Below are positions 47,143-56,578 of a stretch of 64,000 nucleotides of DNA, in pieces. The first letter of the stretch is position 1, and each line of letters begins with the position of its first letter. Under the pieces are notes generated by a model. It saw only the letters and a program-made list of their open reading frames with translations, was not told the origin of the DNA and searched no databases. The DNA is from a bacterium (GTDB lineage: Bacteria > CAYTYR01 > UBA6262): NCBI GenBank assembly GCA_028712365.1, contig JAQTQE010000003.1, positions 20,173-84,172 on the forward strand. Direction: 5' to 3'. The position numbers and the translations under genes are program-made.

Positions 47143-48672
47143 TTAAGATTTCTTTCTAAAGAAGGCTCCTTTAGTAGCACCAATCTTCTCTATATACCCA
47201 ATTAGAAGCATCTTCTTAAAATCCCTCCGAGCGGTTTTTTCGTTTACCTTGAATTTCTTACAATAGGTTCCTATTTCCATGGTTTCATTTTTATTTATCA
47301 TTAACCTTAAAGCCTCTATTTGCCGTTCATTTAAACCTAACTTTCTAAGATCAGTCTGCCGTTCTTCCGGGACACTCGGCACTAAATCCAGAATCTTGTC
47401 TCCGGGGCCAAAAAAGCGGGTTACAAAGAACTCACCTTCTTCTTCAAACACAGGTACAGACAGCCCATGGGCTTTCATTAGCTTTTTCATTTTGCTGATT
47501 CCGGTACCAAAGCGCTCCATGTCCATAGTTTCATGGAAAATATGACAGATTGCTTTATTGCGCGTAGCATGATGCCCTTCAAGCTTCTTTATATTAAGGC
47601 CTGGTAATAAACCGCCAGGATTACTGACTTCCACTCGATCATCGAAAATTGAAACCATAATTGGAGCTCCGCTTTTTGTATAATCGCGATGTGCTATGGC
47701 ATTAATGATGGATTCGCGTACAGCTTCGTATGGATATTCAGGTATATCGACCCGTTTGAACTCGACGATTTTATTGGCTAATCTAGTATTGCGGATGAAA
47801 AAAGATTTCACTTCATCAAGCATCTTATAAATCGGACCTTTAATTTCCTGTGAGTCAATAAACTCCGAGCGAGTCGTTCCTTTATAGCGAGCTATACGGA
47901 TTTCATGATGGGAAATATGGTCAGAAGGAGCTTTACCAAAGAAAAGAAGAGCGGTATTAGTGGGATGCAAATCCCCATCTTCCTTTCTTATTACCTTAAG
48001 GGTGTCAATAAGAAATTTCCTTATTGTTATTTTTGGAATGGCAACTTTCAATTTAACTGCACGATTTTGAAGAAAATCTCTTACTGCCTGCTCATCGATA
48101 GACTCATATCCAAGATCTCGATGTATTGCTTTATCAAAGGGGCCTTTTGTGGATTCTATTTTATCTTCAAGAAAAGAATTAAGGCTGTTAAGAACCTGAG
48201 TTTTTAATTCATCAATATTTAGAAAACGCTTATAAATAAAGTCCGCTCTGATATTTTTAACAAAGTTCTGTGTGTCCTGGTCTCGCCTGAAATCATCTGT
48301 AGAATCACCTTTGATAAATGCAATTATTTCCCTGTCTGAGTGCGTTTTTAAAAAATGTTGAAATTCCCTTTCCGTAGCGGAGAGATTATCCTTCCCTTTA
48401 TACCCATAATTCTTACCAATTATGCACACATAAATATTGCTATCAGCGACGTTTTTAAGATAAGTTACTGCTGGTGACTTTCCTTTAGCAGGCAGATCTT
48501 CAAATAGAAAAACATCAAAAAACTTCTGAAGAGTGGCATTGTTGTCTACTACTCCTTTTATGGCAAAGCGTTCAGCTTTTAGTTCTTTCTGATTTGCGCT
48601 TACGAATATTTTATATGTCATATCCCAGCCTTTGAGATTTATTTTTGTTCTTGGACTCTCAAATACTTTCAA
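47143..48672 (-). CDS. DUF4062-like N-terminal domain fused to Schlafen/AlbA_2 and a HATPase_c_4-type C-terminal domain (RecG-C-terminal-like 'transcriptional regulator')
   Basis: N-terminal IFVSANQKELKAERFAIKG matches the VFISSTFxDLxxER DUF4062 motif. The middle and C-terminal regions (…IAHRDYT…VSNPGGL…GTGI…) fit the AlbA_2 + HATPase_c_4 architecture. Confidence 0.55.
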   Translation of the reverse strand: MKVFESPRTKINLKGWDMTYKIFVSANQKELKAERFAIKGVVDNNATLQKFFDVFLFEDLPAKGKSPAVTYLKNVADSNIYVCIIGKNYGYKGKDNLSATEREFQHFLKTHSDREIIAFIKGDSTDDFRRDQDTQNFVKNIRADFIYKRFLNIDELKTQVLNSLNSFLEDKIESTKGPFDKAIHRDLGYESIDEQAVRDFLQNRAVKLKVAIPKITIRKFLIDTLKVIRKEDGDLHPTNTALLFFGKAPSDHISHHEIRIARYKGTTRSEFIDSQEIKGPIYKMLDEVKSFFIRNTRLANKIVEFKRVDIPEYPYEAVRESIINAIAHRDYTKSGAPIMVSIFDDRVEVSNPGGLLPGLNIKKLEGHHATRNKAICHIFHETMDMERFGTGISKMKKLMKAHGLSVPVFEEEGEFFVTRFFGPGDKILDLVPSVPEERQTDLRKLGLNERQIEALRLMINKNETMEIGTYCKKFKVNEKTARRDFKKMLLIGYIEKIGATKGAFFRKKS

Positions 48673-48714
48673 CTTTCAGTGCCTGACCTCGTTGTTTTTC
48701 CGATTAGCTAAATA

Positions 48715-49248
48715 CTATTTTATCATTAAATTATTTAACTCAGTTTTTTTATTACTAAATTTGTCAGCTATTCTTTGTATAAATTCAGGCCGCATAAATG
48801 AAATATTTCCAACTTTATTATAAACGGACAACGGAGTCCTTAATCTACCACTTTCGTCTTTTTCAATATTTAATCTTATATGGTGTTCATAAAATAATGC
48901 AAATATTTCTATATCATCTGGATCAATGAAAGCATAATTATTATTTAGTATTTCATATATTTTGTTATTGTTTTCCCTAACTTGCTTTATAAAATCATTT
49001 GCAATTTCAATGGTTTTACTAATAGTTGAACTATTATCATCTACATTTAAAAACTTATTATTCAATTCAAATAGCTTTGAAATTTGAAAGGTAAGAAAAT
49101 ATATGGGCCCATATAATTTCCTTATTTGTTCATTAAGAAAAATTATTCTTCTTTCTTTTTTATCGGAACGTTCTGCTCTTGCCCAATTTATAGCCGCACT
49201 TACAATACCTCCACCCAAGAAACTGATAATTAGACTTAATACATTCAT
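48715..49248 (-). CDS. Hypothetical protein with a single N-terminal TM helix
   Basis: TM at residues ~4-24, soluble remainder; the shared island cis-element lies upstream. Confidence 0.4.
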   Translation of the reverse strand: MNVLSLIISFLGGGIVSAAINWARAERSDKKERRIIFLNEQIRKLYGPIYFLTFQISKLFELNNKFLNVDDNSSTISKTIEIANDFIKQVRENNNKIYEILNNNYAFIDPDDIEIFALFYEHHIRLNIEKDESGRLRTPLSVYNKVGNISFMRPEFIQRIADKFSNKKTELNNLMIK

Positions 49249-49312
49249 TATTTACTCCATTTAACGACGAATTGATCGAAAATATGGCAGTTTAATCTGG
49301 GTGACACATTAC

Positions 49313-49340
49313 AATAAATGATTATCGTGTCCCCAGATAT
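49313..49340 (-). promoter_or_regulatory. Island cis-element copy (a): GGGGACACGATAATCATTTATTG (gene orientation)
   Basis: Shared 25-bp motif (see findings). Confidence 0.45.
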
Positions 49341-49366
49341 GGACTCCTTTGGTTTGGGACAGTCCC

Positions 49367-50218
49367 CTAAAACTGTAATTTATTCAGTTGGATCAACAAA
49401 TTAGAGTCAAGATTACATAATTGTACTTTATTATTAAAATAGTTTATAAGATAGATGTATTTCTCAATAATCTCCGGTTTTACCCTATTTTCATCTAACT
49501 GATCATATATTTTTGTTTTCATAATGCTTAACCAATCAAGTAAATCCTTGCCCTTGGACATATATTGTTCCCTGTTTGGCAAATCAAAGAAAATATCAAA
49601 ACATCTAATACCAGTATGGTCAATAAAGGGCATTCTATGCCTAATAGTATCTGAGACCCCCTTTCTATATTCCTTATCAATTAAATCGTATAAATCCGTA
49701 ATTAATTTATAAATACTATCATCAAATATTATTCTCGGATATACTGCTTTATCCTGCAATTGATAGGCATTTATTAAAGCAGGACTAAATATAAAACGAT
49801 TGCCCGAACCATCTTGAAACTTTTTATCAAAATGGGCCCCCTTTACAATTGCGCCTCGACAAAAGTGACCAGTCTTTATTATAACTTGGATATAGACATA
49901 TCTAACAAAAAACAAGTAATAATAATATGCTAAAAGCTCATCAAATTCTTTTGGCACACCATTTAACTCATTACTATATCTACTTATCGGTATCGTTATA
50001 AGAATGGAATCTGATAGTATTATTAGTTGAACTTTTTCAAAAACCCGATGAAGAATCTCATCTTTAATTTCCAACTGTTGTTTTAAGAAACTGTCAATGT
50101 TTTCAAAAGCCTCCATTAATTCAGTAGCCTTTTCCGCATCACTACCATATTTATTAACGAGCCCTTTGTAACCAAGAATATCTAAATAACAAACAATATG
50201 TTCTTCCATGGTATTCAT
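49367..50218 (-). CDS. Hypothetical protein with a class-III nucleotidyl-cyclase-like (palm-domain) N-terminus
   Basis: IVCYLDILGYKGLV resembles the VFSDIVGFTAL metal-binding strand. LIILSDSILITI resembles the KTIGDAYM second-Asp strand. CRGAIVKGAHF resembles RIGIHTGPVVAG. Confidence 0.4.
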   Translation of the reverse strand: MNTMEEHIVCYLDILGYKGLVNKYGSDAEKATELMEAFENIDSFLKQQLEIKDEILHRVFEKVQLIILSDSILITIPISRYSNELNGVPKEFDELLAYYYYLFFVRYVYIQVIIKTGHFCRGAIVKGAHFDKKFQDGSGNRFIFSPALINAYQLQDKAVYPRIIFDDSIYKLITDLYDLIDKEYRKGVSDTIRHRMPFIDHTGIRCFDIFFDLPNREQYMSKGKDLLDWLSIMKTKIYDQLDENRVKPEIIEKYIYLINYFNNKVQLCNLDSNLLIQLNKLQF

Positions 50219-50255
50219 TTTAACAATTATCCTTTATCCACTTTTTCAGCATTCT

Positions 50256-51545
50256 TTATGTTATATTGTCTAACACAGCCCGCGCTGGGAGCAAAGCCAA
50301 CAAATTTTCAGTTTTTGCGCGATAACCTTTATCCGTCTGCACTATAAGATCAAGATGCATAAGCTCGTTTAAATCTCTACTTAACATTTTAGAGGAACCC
50401 TGTTTATAATAATCAACAATTTTAGGACTTAATGCCACCAATCCCTCTTTAGGTACGGGTTCATTTTTATCTGCAAGTTCGATAACGAGTGCCCGCATTC
50501 GCTTTGATGGTGTCTCAGATCTCTTATGTTCTTTAAATTTATCATATACGTAACTTTCCCAGGAAATTTCTAATACTTGCTTAAAAATATATTGCAATTG
50601 CTCAGCGAGCCCATCACGAAATCCTTGTATAGCATAGGTAATAAATTCGCAAATATTTCGTTTTTGAGTTGCAACGCTTAATTGCCTGTAATATTCGCTA
50701 CGGGTCAGATTGTAATGATTACTAAGAAGATGCGCGGCCGGAGAAGGAACTCCTGAGGCAATCAGGATGGCAAATTCCAGCAAACGCCCGACTCTTCCAT
50801 TGCCATCTCCAAATGGATGTACCCATTCAAGGTATAAATGTGCCACTATCGCTTTAATAATACTATTGGCAATTGGATGGGCGTCGGGGATTATAAAATA
50901 GTCACTATTTAACCAAATGCACATCTTATCCATTAAAAAATCAACATCTTGCGAATCAACTGCTTTATATACCCCAGCTACAACTGGAACGCTTCTAAAT
51001 TCACCCGGGATAGCATAATCAGGACAAGGAACATTTTGCAGGATAATTTTATTAAATCGCTTAATCTCTTCTTTGGATACTACGAATTTTTTGCCATTAC
51101 AAATTGTATCTTTTAGTTCGTTACATAAAAACAATATATTTTCTACTTCTTGTTTTAAATATTCTCGCGAAGGAGGAACTTCCAATTTATTATCTATAAT
51201 TTGCCTAACCTGTCCTTCTGAAAGCGTATTACCTTCAATAGCTGTTGTTGCACTAGCACCTTTAGCTAGGTATACCTTGTGCATTTCTTCCGCAATTGCT
51301 GGCTTTAGGGGTATGCGAGAAAGATGCTCACATTTCGACAAACACTCCCCAATTTGGACCCATGTTAAGGAAGGCAGGGCATTTAAGTTAACCTCAAATG
51401 CCAACCAAGGATATTTGCTAATAATGTCTTTATTTATGTCCATTAAATTGTCCTCAATAATGCCAATAATATCAACTAAATTACAATATATGTCATATAT
51501 TATGTCCAATATTAAGATATCATAAAATAATATATTTGTCAACAA
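50256..51545 (-). CDS. Fic/Doc-family protein (AMPylase-type)
   Basis: Canonical Fic motif HPFGDGNGRVGR. Confidence 0.8.
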   Translation of the reverse strand: MLTNILFYDILILDIIYDIYCNLVDIIGIIEDNLMDINKDIISKYPWLAFEVNLNALPSLTWVQIGECLSKCEHLSRIPLKPAIAEEMHKVYLAKGASATTAIEGNTLSEGQVRQIIDNKLEVPPSREYLKQEVENILFLCNELKDTICNGKKFVVSKEEIKRFNKIILQNVPCPDYAIPGEFRSVPVVAGVYKAVDSQDVDFLMDKMCIWLNSDYFIIPDAHPIANSIIKAIVAHLYLEWVHPFGDGNGRVGRLLEFAILIASGVPSPAAHLLSNHYNLTRSEYYRQLSVATQKRNICEFITYAIQGFRDGLAEQLQYIFKQVLEISWESYVYDKFKEHKRSETPSKRMRALVIELADKNEPVPKEGLVALSPKIVDYYKQGSSKMLSRDLNELMHLDLIVQTDKGYRAKTENLLALLPARAVLDNIT

Positions 51546-51595
51546 AAATTACGTGGATTTATGACGGGTATATACTGGAAGTAGGTCAATTCTAG

Positions 51596-51778
51596 TTAAT
51601 AGCGAGGGCTTACTTTATTTGCTTTTATATAATTCTCGACATCTATAATGTCAAATTTTGTTAATCTGCCAACCTTTACATACGGGAATTTCTTCATAGA
51701 TACCCAGCTATATAGTGTATTTACACTTATATTCAGTATTGAGGCAGTTTCTTTTATTCCCATAAGCCTTGATGCCAT
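51596..51778 (-). CDS. AlpA/Xis-family small HTH DNA-binding protein
   Basis: 60 aa; IKETASILNISVNTLYSWVSMKKFPYVKVGRLTKFDIIDVENYI resembles excisionase/AlpA HTH_17. Confidence 0.65.
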   Translation of the reverse strand: MASRLMGIKETASILNISVNTLYSWVSMKKFPYVKVGRLTKFDIIDVENYIKANKVSPRY

Positions 51779-51817
51779 TTTCTAAGTCTATCCATCCGCT
51801 TTCGGATTTTACCTGTT

Positions 51818-51861
51818 TATTTAATTAGTATCGTGTCCCCGGAATTTGTGTCCCCAGATAT
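51818..51861 (-). promoter_or_regulatory. Island cis-element copy (b), with a duplicated GGGGACAC half-site
   Basis: ATATCTGGGGACACAAATTCCGGGGACACGATACTAATTAAATAAA. Confidence 0.45.
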
Positions 51862-51874
51862 ATCCTATATACTT

Positions 51875-53599
51875 TCATGAATGTCCCTTATCTTTCCAGT
51901 ACTGTGCATCAACCTTAATGAACTCCAAACGAGCCGGGTCAATCCACGAGATGAAAGAGGACGGCGTTTTCCATTTGCCAGCGAAGTTTCGGGTGCGAAT
52001 CAGGGTGCATTTTTTGCGTGTGCGAGTGAGCCCGACCACAAACTTGCAGATCTCGAGATCCTTGATTGAAGCCGAATCATGCGGTAATTCCCCATTGTGC
52101 AGACCAGCGATGTACACGTGTTGTGCGGAGAGGCCCTTGGCTCCCTCGAAGGAGGTCACTTTGACAGTAGGGATGTCCACTGATGCGTGAGTCTCTGCTT
52201 CAGCTTCTAGCTCCTCTGCCGGTTGGTACGCATTGGCCTCAGCCAGCACGTGCTCGCGGTATTCACTTGGGAGTACGTCAACAAGACGGTGCCTACCAGC
52301 TGCAGTCGCGACAATAGCTTCATGGAGAAAGGAAGGAGAGTCTGTACCAAGAACAATTCGCCAACCGAGATTAGAGAACTGATCAACTTTCAGAATCAAT
52401 AGACCCACTTCCCGATTGAGCTTGGTATCGGAGTCGCGCCGTGTGTCGACATTGTACCCCACGCTTTCAAGATGGCTGACGACTTGATCGCGGTAAGGCT
52501 GTGCCGCGATGACTAGTGCCGCAGGGTAGCCACCACGCAAAGCTGTCTCAATCTCATCCGATGGAATCTGGGCAATAGCTTGCGTGAGGTAGCGCCCCAT
52601 GTAGTTCACTTTCTGTCTCTGAACCGACGTCTCCACGTGCGCAATTTTCGGGTACTTTGCGCTGTCAGATCCCTTTGCAGGAGGAAAGTGTTTGTAGGGC
52701 TTATCAATCCTCCCTTCGAGACTGTCCAGCTCCTTAGCCTGGGTCAGCACGTCATTGACTGCATCGACGATCACCTTTGGGCAACGCATACAGAACGGAA
52801 GCTTGAAGACCTGATACTCCCCGGCATTGCTGAGGAGCCGGATATGATCCCAACTAGCATCGCGCAGCTGACTATACAGAGCCTGGTCATCATCACCGGC
52901 AATCAGGATGGGGCTACATTCAGCCAAAATGTCGATAACCCCCGCCTCAAGTGCGTTGAAGTCCTGGTACTCGTCAATTAGAATAAGCTTGTAGGAATTG
53001 GGCACAACATGCCCTGATGATAGTCCCTTATACACTCTGTAAACGGTATCGTCGAAATCGACCGCGTCGTAGTACTTGCCACGAGATAGGTAGAATGGAA
53101 TATGGTTCTCTTCTTTAAGCGAACGCATCTCGCTAACAAACTGAGGAGCATCATTTTGAGTGATAATCTCCCAGTCCGCTGCGATAAGGCTCGCAAGCCC
53201 GGGACAGCAGCGAAAATCTGTCGATAGAGACTTTCTGAGTGCCGGTTCGCGGTGCAGTAGGCCTAGGCAGTATGAGTGAAGCGTGAATACCTTAGCCAGT
53301 TCGCTTAGATCGTCCTCCAAATCGTTCTTTAGGTTGTTAATAAATGTGAGGACAATCCGCTGATCAGGCGTACCAGGTGCAAGCTCGAGCATCTGCTTGA
53401 AAAGCGTCGTCTTGCCGGTACCTGGGCCGGCAATCACCAGTTTCTTCTCACTGGGGGAACTCAGTACAGCCTTGATGGCGGCTCTGAGTTCAGCCATTTC
53501 CGGACCCTGCTTCTTGTCCTCTGACATGTCCCCCTCCAACTCCAGGCAATCAATCCAACGACAAAACTCACAGTTGCGGCTCTGCCGCATCCTGTACAT
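51875..53599 (-). CDS. UvrD/Rep-family (SF1) DNA helicase, GC-rich relative to its surroundings
   Basis: Walker A AGPGTGKTT; LILIDEYQDFN (motif II); C-terminal VTSFEGAKGLSAQHVYIAGL…GLTRTRKKC, typical of UvrD_C. Confidence 0.75.
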   Translation of the reverse strand: MYRMRQSRNCEFCRWIDCLELEGDMSEDKKQGPEMAELRAAIKAVLSSPSEKKLVIAGPGTGKTTLFKQMLELAPGTPDQRIVLTFINNLKNDLEDDLSELAKVFTLHSYCLGLLHREPALRKSLSTDFRCCPGLASLIAADWEIITQNDAPQFVSEMRSLKEENHIPFYLSRGKYYDAVDFDDTVYRVYKGLSSGHVVPNSYKLILIDEYQDFNALEAGVIDILAECSPILIAGDDDQALYSQLRDASWDHIRLLSNAGEYQVFKLPFCMRCPKVIVDAVNDVLTQAKELDSLEGRIDKPYKHFPPAKGSDSAKYPKIAHVETSVQRQKVNYMGRYLTQAIAQIPSDEIETALRGGYPAALVIAAQPYRDQVVSHLESVGYNVDTRRDSDTKLNREVGLLILKVDQFSNLGWRIVLGTDSPSFLHEAIVATAAGRHRLVDVLPSEYREHVLAEANAYQPAEELEAEAETHASVDIPTVKVTSFEGAKGLSAQHVYIAGLHNGELPHDSASIKDLEICKFVVGLTRTRKKCTLIRTRNFAGKWKTPSSFISWIDPARLEFIKVDAQYWKDKGHS

Positions 53600-53604
53600 G
53601 CTGG

Positions 53605-54480
53605 TTAGGTATTTTGTTTTGCATACACTTGTTCAAATGAATCAAATAATCTCATATTAACAGAATTTATCCATTTAAATAAATTTTCAAAATAATCCAA
53701 GTCTACGTCTATTCTTTTTAACCATAATATATATGGCTCATTTGTAAATCGTAGTAAAGGAGTGATGAATCTCATATCTACAGACTGATAATGAGGGTAT
53801 GTTGAAAATGTGCCGTCTTTATTACGTATTAAATTAAAATCCATAGACTCGTTCCAAGAACCATGTATTGATTCTGAAGGAATTCCATATAAATATTTAT
53901 ACATATCCTCACGAAATAGTTCTTTAAATATTTGATAAAAACTTTTCCCTGAGAGTTTCCATTTATTTTTCTTTTGCTCACTAAATGAAGCTACTGTTAG
54001 CTCTTCAGCATTCATTTTTTCTAAAATTGACTTTTTTAACCTAACACCCGCTGGAGTTTTAAAAAAGCCGGAAGATCTTTGTGAATCAACAATTATGTTT
54101 AACCGATCCTTGTATGAACACTTCCTGTAGTCTTCCACAACATTATCTCCATTAAGCAAAAGATATTTTGCAATAACAGCAGATTCCAATATTTGTCTAT
54201 CCAGAAGAGAAATTATATCACCTTTGTTTTCCTTATAATAGTAAACAACTTCTTTAAGAATTTTCCAAACCCTTATTAATAAACCCAATATTGCAGCATC
54301 ATTAAAATTATATCCGGTGGGATTTCTATCAATATTTATTATTCTTGTTATTGCATCATATATATCAGCAACATCTCCATAAAAATTATTAGAAAAGTCT
54401 TTCATTCTATCAAGTGAGGATAGCGCAAGGCTTATGTCAATTTCTTTATATTGATCAATAATATTTTGTATTTCTTCCAT
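53605..54480 (-). CDS. Hypothetical protein (291 aa), 5 bp upstream of the helicase
   Basis: ORF; the island cis-element lies upstream. Confidence 0.4.
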   Translation of the reverse strand: MEEIQNIIDQYKEIDISLALSSLDRMKDFSNNFYGDVADIYDAITRIINIDRNPTGYNFNDAAILGLLIRVWKILKEVVYYYKENKGDIISLLDRQILESAVIAKYLLLNGDNVVEDYRKCSYKDRLNIIVDSQRSSGFFKTPAGVRLKKSILEKMNAEELTVASFSEQKKNKWKLSGKSFYQIFKELFREDMYKYLYGIPSESIHGSWNESMDFNLIRNKDGTFSTYPHYQSVDMRFITPLLRFTNEPYILWLKRIDVDLDYFENLFKWINSVNMRLFDSFEQVYAKQNT

Positions 54481-54507
54481 TTTATTTGCCTAACATTGAA
54501 TCTGGGA

Positions 54508-54550
54508 GCATAATACTCATTTATTTAATTATTATTGTGTTCCCCGATTT
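54508..54550 (-). promoter_or_regulatory. Island cis-element copy (c)
   Basis: AAATCGGGGAACACAATAATAATTAAATAAATGAGTATTATG. Confidence 0.45.
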
Positions 54551-55334
54551 CATCTACTTTCTTAATTGAATTTAGGATGTCTTGTTGGTTTCTAAAGGAT
54601 TGCACGGGAAGTGTCTTTGCCCATTGTTCTAAAGTTCTTATCTTGAAATTGTAGTTTATAAGTAATTGCCTCTTAGTGAACCTTAATAGGCTTGGATCCT
54701 TAATAATAAATTGTAGCCGAGTAAATAAAATCTCATACTGAGCGAACAATGCAACACAATATATAAACGGCAGGAACATCAATAACATTACCGGTGGTAA
54801 AGCCAAGTCCTTTAGGGTCTGTATCTTCGCAAGGTTTCTGAAATCGCTGAGAATATGATAGAAGGCATAGCCGAAAATCCATAGACCAAACATTATTAGG
54901 ATATCATTTAACAGTTTCTGGACAGGCTTGTACTTCTCATTAGTTTCCGCTACTGCAAGCATTCCCCCGATAAGTGCAGCAATAGGCACTAGAATGAACT
55001 CAATGATTAAGCTAAATACATATAAGTTAACGATGAAGTCAATAAACACAGTGAATCTTATACTATCTTTTACAGCCTTTGTAAAAAAGTGCGAATCTTC
55101 AATGATATTATTAATTTGGAAAAGCATTATTGTAGCAATAGTCATACCCCAGATGATGGTTGATTTCAGCTGAGATATATCCCAGAGTCCAATGCGAGAA
55201 AGTACTACGACCTCTAAAACGATATAAAATAGCATCAAAACCGCTGAGACTATGATTGGCGTTACAAAAAGTGCTTTAAAAACCTGCTCTAGTGACTGCC
55301 TAATATGATTTTTAGTTAATGCCCAAATTAGCAA
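54525..55334 (-). CDS. Hypothetical polytopic membrane protein (about 7 TM segments)
   Basis: Hydrophobicity pattern; the island cis-element lies upstream. Confidence 0.45.
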   Translation of the reverse strand: MLIWALTKNHIRQSLEQVFKALFVTPIIVSAVLMLFYIVLEVVVLSRIGLWDISQLKSTIIWGMTIATIMLFQINNIIEDSHFFTKAVKDSIRFTVFIDFIVNLYVFSLIIEFILVPIAALIGGMLAVAETNEKYKPVQKLLNDILIMFGLWIFGYAFYHILSDFRNLAKIQTLKDLALPPVMLLMFLPFIYCVALFAQYEILFTRLQFIIKDPSLLRFTKRQLLINYNFKIRTLEQWAKTLPVQSFRNQQDILNSIKKVDEIGEHNNN

Positions 55335-55430
55335 AGCACTTAACCAAAAAATAATTGCTATCTCTCTGTTATCAAAAATCGTAATAGCACCTCATTTGGC
55401 ATCTTATTATCAATTATCTGTTATCTAAGA

Positions 55431-55488
55431 ACATAATACTCATTTATTAAATTGATACTGTGTCCCTCCGTTTTACGTCCCCGATTTT
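55431..55488 (-). promoter_or_regulatory. Island cis-element copy (d)
   Basis: AAAATCGGGGACG…GGGACACAGTATCAATTTAATAAATGAGTATTATG. Confidence 0.45.
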
Positions 55489-55540
55489 AAAAACCGCGAT
55501 GAAGCATACTCTTTACTCCAGTCATATTTTTTCCGCAATC

Positions 55541-56578
55541 TTAGCAACAGTCGCATAAATTTATTTCATTAAAAACTGAACAGCCACCCTTGCAGACTGA
55601 GAAATGTAAACACGCTTTACATTTCTCATAAATGATCTTGCTACGCATATCACGAAACACGGAGGCGTTTTGCCAAGCATCTAAAATCGAAACGCTTCTC
55701 AGATCTATCCCAGTAACCTCGCGTTCCATAAAGGAACATGGGTAAAACATCATTTTTTCAGAAATAAAGGCAGAAAAACGCCCCGCTTCACACGCTTCAA
55801 CCGATATGGGGTTATATTTAAGTTGACTAACTATGCCAGGAACGCAACAACTATCAAACCCAATCTTTATCTTGGAAGTACTAATTAGCGAAAAGAATAA
55901 CTCGGCGTCGGAAGACATCCTTAAGATATTTGAATGACTTCCTTTTCCAGCAGGTTTAAATAATAAAAATATTAGAGCGTTAACTCCAGATACCTTTTGA
56001 ATGCCCCTTGATAAAAATTCTATCGCAGAATCAAGTGTGCTGGCAGACAACACAAAATGAACATTTGTTTTAATTCCTGCATCTATCAATTTATTCAAAT
56101 TTGAATAAAACAAAGTTTCCGGCTCATAAAAACTAATTGCAACAGCTCCACAATGCATCCTTGATGCGGCAAGAATTCTGTCAGATAAGCCATCCCCATT
56201 CGTGGTATAAGAAGGGACGATATTATATTTCTCTCGCGTTACTTCAAGGATCCTTTCAAAGCTAGAATGTTGATTAGGATTTCCGCCGCCAAGGGCTACT
56301 TGCAAGGCCCCACAGTCCCTCGCTTGTTTTAAAATGTATTCATAATCAGCAAGAGACATCTCCTTCCCATTTATTGACGATGCCCTATAGCAAAAAGAAC
56401 AGCTCCTTTCACAATAATTTGTTATTGATATATCAAGAAGCTCAGGACCATGCACGGAATAGACCGGCTCGACAGTATTTTCATCTTCAACACGAGCAAA
56501 AAAACCGGTATTTTGATTGAAAATAACGGTATATCTTTCCTTATCATATCGCTTAAGCAACAAAGAGTTCATTTTCAC
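55541..56578 (-). CDS. Radical SAM enzyme with a C-terminal SPASM domain (anSME/peptide-maturase-like)
   Basis: CX3CX2C radical-SAM motif CERSCSFC. Full SPASM Cys set: C…YPC and CKACLHFSVCKGGC (CX2CX5CX3C). Confidence 0.8.
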   Translation of the reverse strand: MKMNSLLLKRYDKERYTVIFNQNTGFFARVEDENTVEPVYSVHGPELLDISITNYCERSCSFCYRASSINGKEMSLADYEYILKQARDCGALQVALGGGNPNQHSSFERILEVTREKYNIVPSYTTNGDGLSDRILAASRMHCGAVAISFYEPETLFYSNLNKLIDAGIKTNVHFVLSASTLDSAIEFLSRGIQKVSGVNALIFLLFKPAGKGSHSNILRMSSDAELFFSLISTSKIKIGFDSCCVPGIVSQLKYNPISVEACEAGRFSAFISEKMMFYPCSFMEREVTGIDLRSVSILDAWQNASVFRDMRSKIIYEKCKACLHFSVCKGGCSVFNEINLCDCC

